64,000 bases of DNA, taken from assembly GCF_011386835.1 (NCBI RefSeq), contig NC_088791.1, forward strand, positions 115,940,001 to 116,004,000, written 5' to 3'. This DNA comes from Chrysemys picta bellii. Lineage: Eukaryota. Below the pieces are notes generated by a model that was not told the origin of the DNA, made no database searches, and saw only the letters and a list, made by a program, of their open reading frames with translations. A program made the position numbers and the translations under genes. Shown here piece by piece: positions 49,071-60,800 of this stretch; within the stretch, counting starts at the first letter, position 1, and each line of letters begins with the position of its first letter.

Positions 49071-49675
49071 TGAGGGACTAACAACAAGAATTTTTGCTAT
49101 AATCTGGGGATGTGTCAATTGGAAGAGACAGATGAGGAGAAAGACCTGGGTGTACTGAGTGTACTGACTATGAGCATCCAGTGAAATGCATAGGGAAGTG
49201 TTAGTACCATTACACAAGGCACTGGTGAGACCTCATGTGGAATTCTGTGTGCAGTTCTGGTCTCCCATGTTTAAGAAGGATGAATTCAGACTGGAACATG
49301 TGCAGAGAAGGGCTGCCAGGATGATCAGAGGAATGGAGAACCTACCTGACAAGAGGAACCTTAAGGAGCTTGGTTTATTTAGCCTAACAAAATGAAAGCT
49401 GAGGGAAGATATGATTGCTTTCTATAAAGACATCAGTGGGATAAACACCAGAGAGGGGTGGAGGGGCAGATTACTTAAATTAAGGGCCAATGTTGTCACA
49501 AGAACAAATGGATATAAACTGACCATCAACATGTTTCGGCTTGAAATTAGGCTAAGGTTTCTAACCATCAGGGAAGTGACATTCTAGAACAGCCTTTAAG
49601 GGGAGTAGTTGGGACAAAAAACCTAACTGGCTTCAAGACTTAGCTTGATAAATTTATGGAGGGGATGGTGTGATG

Positions 49676-50068
49676 CATAGGTGCCGACTCTGTGGGTGCT
49701 CCAGGGCTGCAGCACCCATGGGGAAAAACTGGTGGGTGCTCTGCACCCACCGGCAGCTCCCCACCCCACCCCAACTCACCTCAGCCTCCGCTCCACCACC
49801 TCCCCTGAGCGCGCCGCCGGGTCCTGCTTCTCCCTCCTTCCTCCCAGCGCTTGCGCCACGAAACAGCTGTTTCGTGCGGCAAGCCGGGGGGGGGGGGGGG
49901 AAGTGGAACGCGGCACGCTTGGCGGAGGAGGCGGGGCCGGGTCGGGGATTTGGGGAGGGGTCCAATAGGGGCAGGAGGCACAGAGTTGGGGCAGGGGTGG
50001 AGTCGGGGCAGGGACGGGGCCGGGGGAGCGCGAGCACCCACCGGTGCCGAAAAATGTTGGCGCCTGTG
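49676..50068. mobile_element. hAT MITE inside CR1 (same family as 22971-23401)
   Basis: Perfect 8-bp TSD gtgtgatg (49668-49675, 50069-50076); TIR cataggtgccgact / tgttggcgcctgtg. Confidence 0.93.
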
Positions 50069-52858
50069 GTGTGATGAGAATGCCTATGATGGCATATGGC
50101 CTATCCACAACTGCTAGCAGCAAATATCACCAATGGCCAGAGATGGGACACTAGATGAGGAGGGTTCTGAGTTACTACAGTGAATTCTTTCCCAGGTGTC
50201 TGGCTGATGGGTCTTTTCGCCTTCCTCTGCAGTGTGGAGCATGCGTCACTTGTTGGTTTGAAATAGAGTAAATGGTGAATTCTCTGTAACTTGAAGTCTT
50301 TAAATGATGATTTGAGGACTTCAGTAACTCAGGTAGAGGTTAGGGGTCTATTACAGTAATGGGTGGGTGAGGTTCTGTGGCCTACAATGTGAAGGAGGTC
50401 AGACTAGATGATCATGATGATCCCTTTTGGCCTTAAAGGTCTATGAGTCTATGAGATTGCTCAGTGGTAGTTGAGGGCACTCAGCATAGAATCAGGCCCT
50501 TTATCTGTACACTTACCTACCTGAAGTAGGTATTGTATATACGCAAAGGGCTAAATTGAAGTTGATGAGAACAGCTTCTGTCCCAAAATAGCCAGCGTAC
50601 ACTTACAGGAATTTGACATTGCTTAGTTCTAGTAAATTATATTTAGATTGTTAATAGAGATAAAAAAATCTCTGATTTTTTTTCTTCTTTACTTTAATGA
50701 CGCCAGGATCATTATCCAAAGGGAACATATCAGGTCAAGTGTTAACAATATGTGCTTTAAGAAAAAAACAAGAACCAACCATCTGTTCCAAAAAAGCTCT
50801 TACAGCAGCATCAGAGAGACTCGTTAAGGATTTTTAAAAAAAAATGCATAGTGCAATTCCTTTGTTCGGTTGAATTTGTTTAAAAAAATCATCAGATTTG
50901 TATCAATGAAATGACCCAGAATAATTTAAATTATTTCTATATGCTATATATTTAAAATGGAATAATTTTAGATGGAAAATGCAAAATGCACAGGTTGTCT
51001 TCTACTATTGCTGATTTTGTCTGAATAAACCAATACATTAAATATTATTTATGTCAAATAATAGTTTCCTTATATGATCACTTACAAGTGTGGTTTTATT
51101 AGTATTAATCAGTCCCTACAATATAAAGACCATGAAATTCCTACAAATGAGGCTCGGTTTTCCATTTGTTATTAGTAAAGTGTTGCAGGGTAAGCAAACT
51201 ACTACAACAGTCATCTTCAAAATCACTAAATGCTGGAAGGACAGAGCTTTATTTCCTGTTGGAAAATACCTCCATGGTTTCTATTAGCCATAACAAGGCT
51301 TGTGAACCTACCATTAACTCCTTTACCACATTGCTTGCTAGTTGATCAATTGTTTAATTACTTTATGTTGACAACAGAATTAAATGATTCTGGGCTGGGC
51401 TACTGGGATGAGGAGATTCAAGTACCCCAATCCTTGGGGGAGTTCTGCAGCGACTGGAAGCACTGTAGCACCAGCCTGCTGGTTCGGGCCCTGGCAGGGA
51501 AAGGAAGCAGCTGGTCATTCTCTCCAGTGACCTCAGTGGTGCAAAGTTGTCTTTGAGGTGGATGAAAAGGTGAGGTAAAAAGTGGGAGCTAGCCTGGTGA
51601 ACCAACGGGACAAATTACTTATGTATGACATATCTTTTCAGATGATGTAGTAAATATAGTCAATGCATTTCAGGTTATGGAGTAAATAAAGAGCAGGTAA
51701 TCATAGGGGACCAAATCCTGGAAAATGATGCACAGCCTATTTATATAAGCTGTATGCTCAGGAAAGGCCCTCAAATTCACTGGACCGAGGAGTGTAACTC
51801 AGCATCTGGTGTGCAGCCAGGTCAGGACTGGTTACTGCAATTGAATGTTGTTGCTGAGGTGGCCTACTGCTCCACCTCATGCAGCTTTTGATTTCATGGA
51901 TTCTTGCTGTGTGCAGGTCAACCGGCCACACTCCATCCTTCCCCCAGTACACATCTCCACTGCTTGCTGATCAGCTATGGAGAACTGCTATAGAACTCTG
52001 TGTCTGCAGTGCTCTGAGATGTATGGTTTCCTTTTCAATAGCCTTTCTGTTGCTTGGCTCCTTTTTTGCAGAAGACGTGTGGTGTTTCTGCTGTAGCTGT
52101 GTTTTGAGACTGTATATTAATTACTTCTTCTAGGATGGGGCCTTTCAACATATTATTACAAAAAATATCACCAGTTGATTAAAGGTTCAATCTTTAATCA
52201 CTGTATGTGGTAAGTTCTGATGTAGAGATGGGTCCCTATCAACCCCCTCCCACTTCAAACAGACACAGACTTGAGGGAAATTAGCATCTGCATTTGGAGT
52301 TAAGGCTCGTTGATAATTTGAGGTAGTTGTGAAGTCAAACTTCAACTCTCAGGTCTGTGTGGTCTGATTCTGAGAGGTGCTGATCTTTTGTAGTTTAGAT
52401 GAAACTGAGGTCCCTTGCATGCTCCTTGTGGGAGGGACTGTGTTGCCTTCTGCACACTGCGCTGAGGACATTGTGTGCAATTTCTCCATATTAACTGGAA
52501 TTTTAATCTAACAAGGTTGCTTAAAGCAAAGAAATAAAATGAACTGTCTGCAGATTGTGTCCTTGGCTTCTGAGAAATATTCTGTTCCACAACCACCTTC
52601 AATTCAATTGTAAGTGTAAAAAAAATAAAAATCAAGAAGGTTGATCTCCTCCCACTACCAAATACTGTATCTAACAATTAGATTCATTTAATGAATGTAG
52701 AAGGAACACAGATGTTTTGCTTAAGATTTTTAAAAATAGTTTCTGCAAAACACAGTAAAATCAGCATAACTGGCACAGGGACCCCAATGGAAACAGAAAT
52801 GTAAAAATCAGGGGCTCTGAAGAACATCTATGTGCCCTTTGTGATAGGAAACAACATA

Positions 52859-52946
52859 TGCCAGATCCTGAGCTGGTGTAAATTGGTGTGGCCCTGTTGA
52901 ATTTCAATGGAGCTGTGCCAGTTTACCCCAGTGGATGTTTTGGCCC
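52859..52946. repeat. Short palindromic (hairpin) interspersed repeat; representative of a family with many copies in the window
   Basis: gccagatcctgagctggtgtaaa...ttgaatttcaa...tttaccccagtggatgttttggccc. Related copies at about 11727, 12990, 15381, 32870, 36930, 39895, 42615 and 62190. Confidence 0.7.
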
Positions 52947-55900
52947 TCCATTTGTGATTGTTGTGCTGGAAGAATTTTAATATTCTTTGCCATTGTAAGA
53001 CCTTAGCAAGCACAATAGAAAGGAAGAACAAAAGTGAATAAAGCTCCTCATGCTGGGAAATTGTTTTTGCTAACAAACATCAACTCAAACCCATTTAAAG
53101 TGTGCAGACAATAAGCAGCCCTCCTGAGAGTGGCTTAATGGCTAAAGCCCAGGCAGAGGATTCACAAGATTTTGGTTCTCTTCCTAGCTCTGCCACTGAG
53201 TAGCTGCATGACCTTGGCCAAGTCAGTTAATCAAACTATTGCTGTTGTCCCATCTGTAAGATGGGAATGATAGTGTTGTTGTATAACAATCATTATATAA
53301 CATGCGTACAATGTCTTGGGAGACTCAGACAGAAAGTGCTTGAGAAGTGAAAAGTCTACAATTATTTATTATTAATTAGTCTCTGTGTGCCATTTATGGT
53401 TTTTAGAGTCACTTGTATGCATTGCACATAATCTGTCTTCTGGCTATTGTGATCAATGACACCCATAAGAAGTTAATTTGTAAATGTCAGCTCTCAGAAG
53501 TTGCTATGCAAATGTATTCTGTCCGCAGGGAGTGATCAGCCAATCAGAATTTGTTCTGATGGTACACTATTTGAAACTGCACATCCTTGATAGGGCTTTG
53601 GTAGATGGGATTATATAAAAATGGTTGTAGCTGGTTTTGTTAGAACACTCCAAAGCTAAGATTAAAAAGCCATTTAAGAGCCTAAATATGAACATTGTGT
53701 GTCCTGATTTTCAAAAGTTCTGAGCATCTAGCAGCTCCCTTTGACTTCACTGTGATCTGCTAGGTGCGCAGCACTTTTGAAATTCAGGTCACTTCAATAT
53801 GTGCTTAAATATGGATGTAAGCAACTAACTATAGGCTTTTTTTTTTTTTACAATCTTGGCTCAACTTTCCGGCCTTTTCATGTAATTGAATTAAATTAAC
53901 TGAATAAAATACTTCAGTGATATAGTTTGTTTCCCAATTCTTGATGACTAATACTCTAGATGTAGTGGTTATGATCCAAAATTAACCACACCTGGAATTT
54001 ATCAAGGTGCTGCAGATGAAGTGGATTTCATTGTATTTGTGAGCAACCAGATTACTAAGAGCAACTTCAGTAAAAGGAAATCCATATACCTCAGGTGTCT
54101 GACATCACTGACAATTTTCTTTGACTGTGGTTAAATTTGTAGTTAATTCCCCTGTTCCTCAGTGCTGATCAAGAAGTGTTCAGCATGACTGGTGCGAGGG
54201 GGAATTGCAAAGGCCTTTCTGCTCCCTCGATTCTGGAATCACGCAGCTCTGGCTACTCTAACTTACGAAAGCTCAAGGCTGTTCTTATTTGTCTGAGCTG
54301 CCTGCAGTCTTAATGAAAAAGGGTGGCACCTTAAGACAAAAGTACACAATGGGCATTCCCCCATACTTTCCCTATACCTCTATAGAAGCCATTACAGCAG
54401 CTAAACATCACCTGAGAGCATCCACTTACATTGCAGTGATTCTCCTGTGGTCACTAAGCCACGTTCAGGACTTCTTTGGGCTAACGAAGCAGTGCAAAGC
54501 TGCCCCCACACTACGGGTACTCTGGCCAGATTGTCTTCAGTGTTTACATGTCTGTTTATATTTAGGGAAAAAATAGCACCAGAAACCATGAAATCCAAGT
54601 TGTAAAATACTGCACATGACAAGCTAGAGGGTAAAATGCCTGAATGTGCCTAAGCCCCTTTGTCAAAAAGGACATAGTGCTTAAGAGCCTGTCAATGATT
54701 GTCAATAGGACTTAGGCAACAAAGTTAATTAGGCTCATATGAAAATTGTATCCTGGGTGTTTTGTGATTTCTTCAGGATCCTGAGATGGGAACTGTTCAC
54801 TTTTCTCTGTTGCTGTACCGTATTCCATATATGATGTGGTTCCATATATTTTTTTAAAAAATAAACTTTCTTGTGTCCCTAATTTTGTTCCTTCTAGTGT
54901 CTTTTTGTCAGTTTTTAGTTTTCTTGACCTTATCCCATTGTTCTGTTCCCTCAGTCCCAAATGCTGATGGCTTCTAATTTAAAGCTGACCTTTGTAGGTG
55001 TCTGTGGCTTTCGAGAGTGCTTTACCCTTTGTTGAAGTGGATTTTAACTTCACTTTTTATTTTAAAAAAAGATCAGTTGGGAGACTCTAATGCTTCCAAT
55101 TCAGCTTTTTCACTTACAGTACAAGTTAAAAGTCAGCCTGGCTGAAGAAAAGGGAGAAAGAGGGAAAGCTAGAGTGCATATTCATGTAGTAGAGTAGTGC
55201 CTGGGTGCCATTATTATTGAGGATGGCTCATCATTTCTATTACTAGTGGAGCTCTCCATCGAAGGAATGGATCTATTTAGTGTTAATCATATCCAAATAA
55301 CTCTGCGGTATTGTGAGTATTGAATACGTTATCAGTATCAAATTTTGCAACTCTTTCACTGCTAGGTATGAGTTTTGGTTTGATTTTTTTAATCTTCACA
55401 ATGTGTATTGAAATATCTGTATCCTTTACTCAGAAATAATACATATTTCCTTATTTTTTTCCAAGGCACCTTTGTTTATCTGCTGGCCTATAATGATTCT
55501 CTCATTTTCAACATTCAAATGATCACGTCTTCACTGCCAGCCCTTTAGGTCCTCTAAATGCTGTTGAGCTAGTGGGATTGTGGGTATGTGATTTTGAGAC
55601 ATTTCTCCCACAAACAAGCTAACCTCAGGTAATGACCAACAGGAACCCGAAATCAAATCTGGATTTCCCTCACAATAGTGTAGAGCATTCTGAATATTTC
55701 TTTAACCAAAGGGCTGGTTCTTTTGGATCATAGTTTTATTCCTTTTGTGACATGGTGCCTCCAGATAACAATGGGGACCTTCCCTTGCAGTGTGGATGCA
55801 TTCCACATTGGAGTTGTTAATGTGTAGAGGGAAGCCTGGACTTTCCCATCCCAAAAGTCTAGGCAGGCTGAGCTCTCCCAAGGCATGAATTTGATCTGAG

Positions 55901-56505
55901 AGCTACTAAAAAGCAGAGGAGCAGCTGATCTGTCACAGACACATATTTTTTGTGCAAATAAATTAATAAAAGTACCCCTTTTGATGGACAGGAAGAGCTT
56001 TAAAATCCCAAGGCTTGCACATTGACCTGAATGTGCCGACAATAACTTGTTAAATTTTCACAAAAGGTATTAATCCTATTTTTCTAACATCAAAAGGAGC
56101 CTGATTCATAAAACATTGCTTCTATCAACGTTCTAGAATTTCGCTATAGATCTTTTCTTTTGGAAATGGATGCATATTGTGTGTTGGATTGATTATAACA
56201 AAAAACCCTGAAGTGTTAGTCAGCAGTGGCCTGAGGGAACCATCTTGGCAAACACACAAATCTAAGTTATAAAATATCAAAAAGGAAGGATACAGAACAA
56301 AAAAGAAGAGTCCATTAAAAACATGAAACAGATGAGTTTCTGTAGCTGAAACAATAATATATCAACACTGTCAAAAATCATAATTGTCTCAACACTGTAA
56401 CATTATTTATTTAATATTGAGAAATTATTGCAGTCTAGTTAAAAAAAATCTCATCTTAAAAATGCATGAAAATAGTATTAAAGTTAACATTAAAACTGTA
56501 CAATG

Positions 56506-56790
56506 GGGGACTGTGTGGCTCAGAAAATTGATAATGGGATATGGAGCCTTTCAACCCACGTCATTAATGCTTGAAAGTCATTACCATGTGCAGGATATTT
56601 GGTCGTCTATGAAAAATGATATGGTAGTTTTCATCCCATTTCAAGTGGCAAATGTGTCCATATCACAGAGACTTACTCACACAAGTGGCACTAAATACTG
56701 TAGTTTACTTTTGGCACAGTGGCCAAGGATTGGATACAGGTATAAAGAGTGAACTATACTCTTTCCCTCAGAGGTAATCCCATTTAGCAA
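56506..56790 (+). mobile_element. LF-SINE
   Basis: ggggactgtgtggctcag...gataatgggatatggagcctttca...gaaagtcattaccat...gtgtccatatcaca...tggcactaa...ggccaaggattgg. Confidence 0.8.
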
Positions 56791-57683
56791 GGCGTATTGA
56801 TGGGACAGCATGGAGAGTTCTGTCATATGGCTGCCCATGCAGTAATTTTACAATGGATAGAGAGGAATGCAATACCCAGAACTGTCAGGCACCTTTCCAC
56901 CATTACTAACTATTTATTTAATGTGAAATTCTTCCCTTTTATTATTACTGTTGTCATTATTTAACATTTATAATGCAGTAGAGCCTAAAGGTCACAATCA
57001 AGTCATGCATGATGCTAAGCACTGTACTGAAGTAAAGGGCTCACACCAAACCTATACACTCACTTCAGCCCTCTTCTGAGGACTTAAAGTGAGCTTTGAG
57101 CAGGTCCTCTGCAGAGAAATGAATTTTACCCTCATGGATTAATCCTGAGAATTGCTGAGTGAGTATGTCCAATGAGAGTTGTGGTACTGAGAATATGGGA
57201 AAAGCTTTTTCTAAGTTACAGTGCAGTTTAGATGTATTCCTAACACATATCCAATGTGCTTTCATTACAATAGGATGTTTGCAGTTGTAACTGTGAGTTT
57301 GCAGAGGCTGTTCACTAGACTTTCAAATGCAAGTGTGAGAGCATTTTTTGTGTGTGCAAGGTGGGGATTTGCATGCACCTATACTTTTGCACATGAACAA
57401 CCCTGACTTGAGCTCATGCAGTAGACATTTTTCATATAGAGTTTGAGCATGTTCATATGCATTTCTAAAAATTTGGACCTAAATCTTGTTTTGTTTGCCT
57501 TTTCATGCAAGGATCTTAAATCACCTTACAAATATTAAGTGACTGAGCTTCACAACGTCCCTTTGAGACGTTTTACAGAAGGATAAATGGAAACTGCCAA
57601 TAGTCTAAGGTTCATAACAGATGAATGAAAGTTGGACAGCAATGGGGTAAGTGGCTTGAAGATGAGACAGTGGCTTGAACATG

Positions 57684-57841
57684 CACCGGACCCCCGCTAG
57701 AACGTGGGGTTTTGGATCCATGCGTGGGGACCGCGTTACTATGGATTCCAATGAAGGTAATTAAATTTGGGATCCATGCATGGTCCCGCGCTATAACCAA
57801 ATTCGTGCTATAAAGACGTGCGTTCTAGCATGGGTCTGCTA
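57684..57841. mobile_element. Palindromic Tc1/mariner(Tigger)-like MITE
   Basis: ggacccccgctagaacg (57688) / cgttctagcatgggtct (57821-57837); internal cgcgtta / cgcgctata motifs. Confidence 0.55.
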
Positions 57842-60800
57842 TTAGCTAACAGATCTTATTCCCTCCCCCGCCCCTGCAATTTTGAGTGTATCTGAACTCC
57901 ATTTTGAAGAAACATATGAGAATTTATTGTTTCGAGTGGAAATCATAGGAATATCATGAATTTTGAACTTGTTTTGATTATTTAGACCTAAAACTCAACG
58001 TAGAACTCCAGGGATGAAAAGTCACATGAACTGAAACTAAAAGTGCTCAGCTACTACAGTGATACCTCATCCTAGAAATACTTAAGATGTGGGTGGTGGA
58101 AGCCGTTCTTATCACAGTGGTGTCTATATTAGTAAGTGCAAGAGTAAAAACAATTCTCATCATAAATTTTCAAACACACATAAGAAAGTAGTGTTGGAGG
58201 GCCAGAGCAAACAATAATCCAGTAATGTGATTCTGCTGCTTTAGTGCTAGAATTGGTGATCAAGCCACATTGTTCTGATCCAGAAGGTTCAGATTTCAAA
58301 TACCCCCCTGCATGCTACCCAGTCCCCTCCATCCCCCCACAATTCAGGTGTGTTCAGAACAAAGGTTTTCATTCAAGCCCATCTCTACTAAGTGGCTGTA
58401 TGGTAGGTACATTACTCTTCTTCTGACATAAATAAAGTGTTTTCTCTGAGCCACAATTACTACTTTAAGTTACAACTGTAAGGGAAAGTAAGACTGTGGT
58501 GTTCAAATGAAGCTTGACAGTCTGTGTAGCAGGCACCAGCCATCTGTGCTATGGCAGCACTGTTTGTATTTTAATGTTTAAACATACAGCAAAGATAATT
58601 AAGAATAACTATAATTAAAAATGATTACAACAAATTACTTTTCCCTCAGCAGTAATGTGTGACTGTAACTTACAAGTTACTTGATAAAGTAACCTTTTGG
58701 TAAGCTAAACAGAATAGCATTGCAATCCCTACCCTGTTTCTGACAGTTTATAGATTTTCAGGGGGATTTTTTTCCTAAATGATAAAAGCATTTTACTTAC
58801 TGGGCTTCACACACCCATTTGATGTGCAGTAATTATTGCTGAAGTTTCATCCTTCATATCAGCAGCTTCTCTCGCTCTCTTCTTTTCCATGAAAAGATTA
58901 AAAGTAGTTTATTTCTTGGAGAATAGAAAGCCAAGTGATGGAAAAAGAACACACGCAAATTTCTCTTTCAAAGAGAAAATACTAATATTTGTCTCTGAAA
59001 AAAACAGCAACAACCCCAAAACAAAAACAAAATAAGCCCCAACCTACATTTTAAATGGAGAAAATGTTAGAAAAAAGCTAGACAAAATTCTGGTACAATG
59101 TACCCTTTCCAAATAACACAAATACTTTCCAATTATATAGCACCTTTCATCTAAGGCTCTGTAAAGTCCTGGTCCTACAATGAGCTCCATATGGGCACTT
59201 TTCTATTGATGTTGATAGGATGCTTTGTAGTCACAGAGGTCTGTCCTCCTGGAGATTGTGGGGTACTGAGGTCTGAGTTGGACTTGCAAGCTATTACTTT
59301 GTGGTGGAGAGCGGGGTTGGTCCTGTTTGCAGGTTAGGGGCTTTGTAGGAAAGTCTGAGATCGGAGTCATTTCTAGAAAGAGCTAGCTTAAAGGAAGGTG
59401 CCTTTTTGGCTTAGGGAGCAGCCTGTTCGCTCTCTCTGTGTTCCTGGGTTTTTCTGTGGTGTTGGTCTGCATTCTAAGAAAGAAAGTAGTTGCAACCTTC
59501 CAACAAGAGTATTTATATTTTTAATCTAACTTCTTTGTGTGTATTCTGTAAACATAACAGAGATCAATGCATAATGAGGCCCTACAGTATTTATGAATGT
59601 CTAAATTTTCAGAAGAGCTGTGAAGACTTAAATGACCAGATCTTAAAAAGTTCTCAGTGCCAGGGCTGTTGGAAAATGGTTATTTTCCCCCAGAAAATAT
59701 CAGTGAAAAATCAAAATGTGAAATATTTCTGCCCCCAAATGAAATATTAAGATTGTGAAATGGCATTGTGGTGCCTCATAAGAGTTGTAGTCTGGTTTCC
59801 TCATTCTTCCATTCTTCTCTATAGTCTGGGCTTTGTGATTGGATTACATCTTCTATGATGTATCACTGTCGCTCTTTTTGGCAAAGAGAGGTAATACATA
59901 ATGGCAGTTGCATGGTCCTACTGCATCACTGGAGATTTAATCCATCTGGGTAGTCCAGGCCATAGAGGAGAATGGGAGCATGGGGCACTAGAGCTACAAG
60001 TTTCATGAAGCACAACGGTGACATGTCAAAATCAAACTATTTTGGTTTTCGGCTAAAATATTTCAGTTTTTCAGTGTTTGGTTTTTCAGTAGAAAACCAA
60101 AATTTTCCACAGAAAGCAAACACATTTGTTTAATCAATTTTCCATTGAAAACTTGGTTAGATGGGACTTTTTTGATGAGACCCAATCAACATCTCGTGTG
60201 CTGAGCGCTGTTGAAAATCTGATTCTAGGTGTCAACAACCATTGTGAGGCTGGTAGTGTTAAATGCATTTTTTGAAAGGACAAACTGAGGCTTAGAAATT
60301 GAATGATTTTCTTATGGCCACAAAGGGATTCTGTGGCAGAGTCAGAAAGTGAATCCAGGGCTTGACCCCCGGCTCCCAAGTCATTGCTTTAACCAGTGTG
60401 CTTTAACCACACGGTTAAGTAAAATGGGCTGTTGTTGTACTGGAGGTTTGTTTTAGGTAGTTCAGCTTTTCAAAATACAACATCACAGATTCAAAAACAG
60501 ACCGCTTAAAAGAAAATAAAAAGCACTTTATAGCCTCACTAACTTACAGAAAAAGCACAGTTGTCATTTTACAGAACACATAATTTAAATACTGCTCCAG
60601 TGCAATCTAACACAGTGTTTAAAATTAATAATAAGGGCTACTGAAAACAGGCTTAGTTAGGCTTGACAGGTGAATTAAAATGCATGTTTTGAAAACTGAG
60701 CTTGCTACCAGTGCCATTCCTGTGCCTTGGAGGTGCTGTAGGTGCTATACCATCGCAAAGGACACTGAACTCCATACAACTGAACTGTTTCATCACATGG

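Larger units (their letters stand above)
48060..50455 (+). mobile_element. 5'-truncated CR1 LINE (RT half of ORF2 plus 3' UTR) with two nested MITEs
   Basis: caacatggttttacaaaaggtagatcatgccagaccaacctgatc; atttgcagatgacacaaaa (FADD motif); terminal octamer repeat (gtctatga)2 at 50439-50454. Confidence 0.95.

Noticed and set aside
49654-50123. Six overlapping Pro/Gly-rich ORFs
   Set aside because: All within the G-rich hAT MITE nested in CR1
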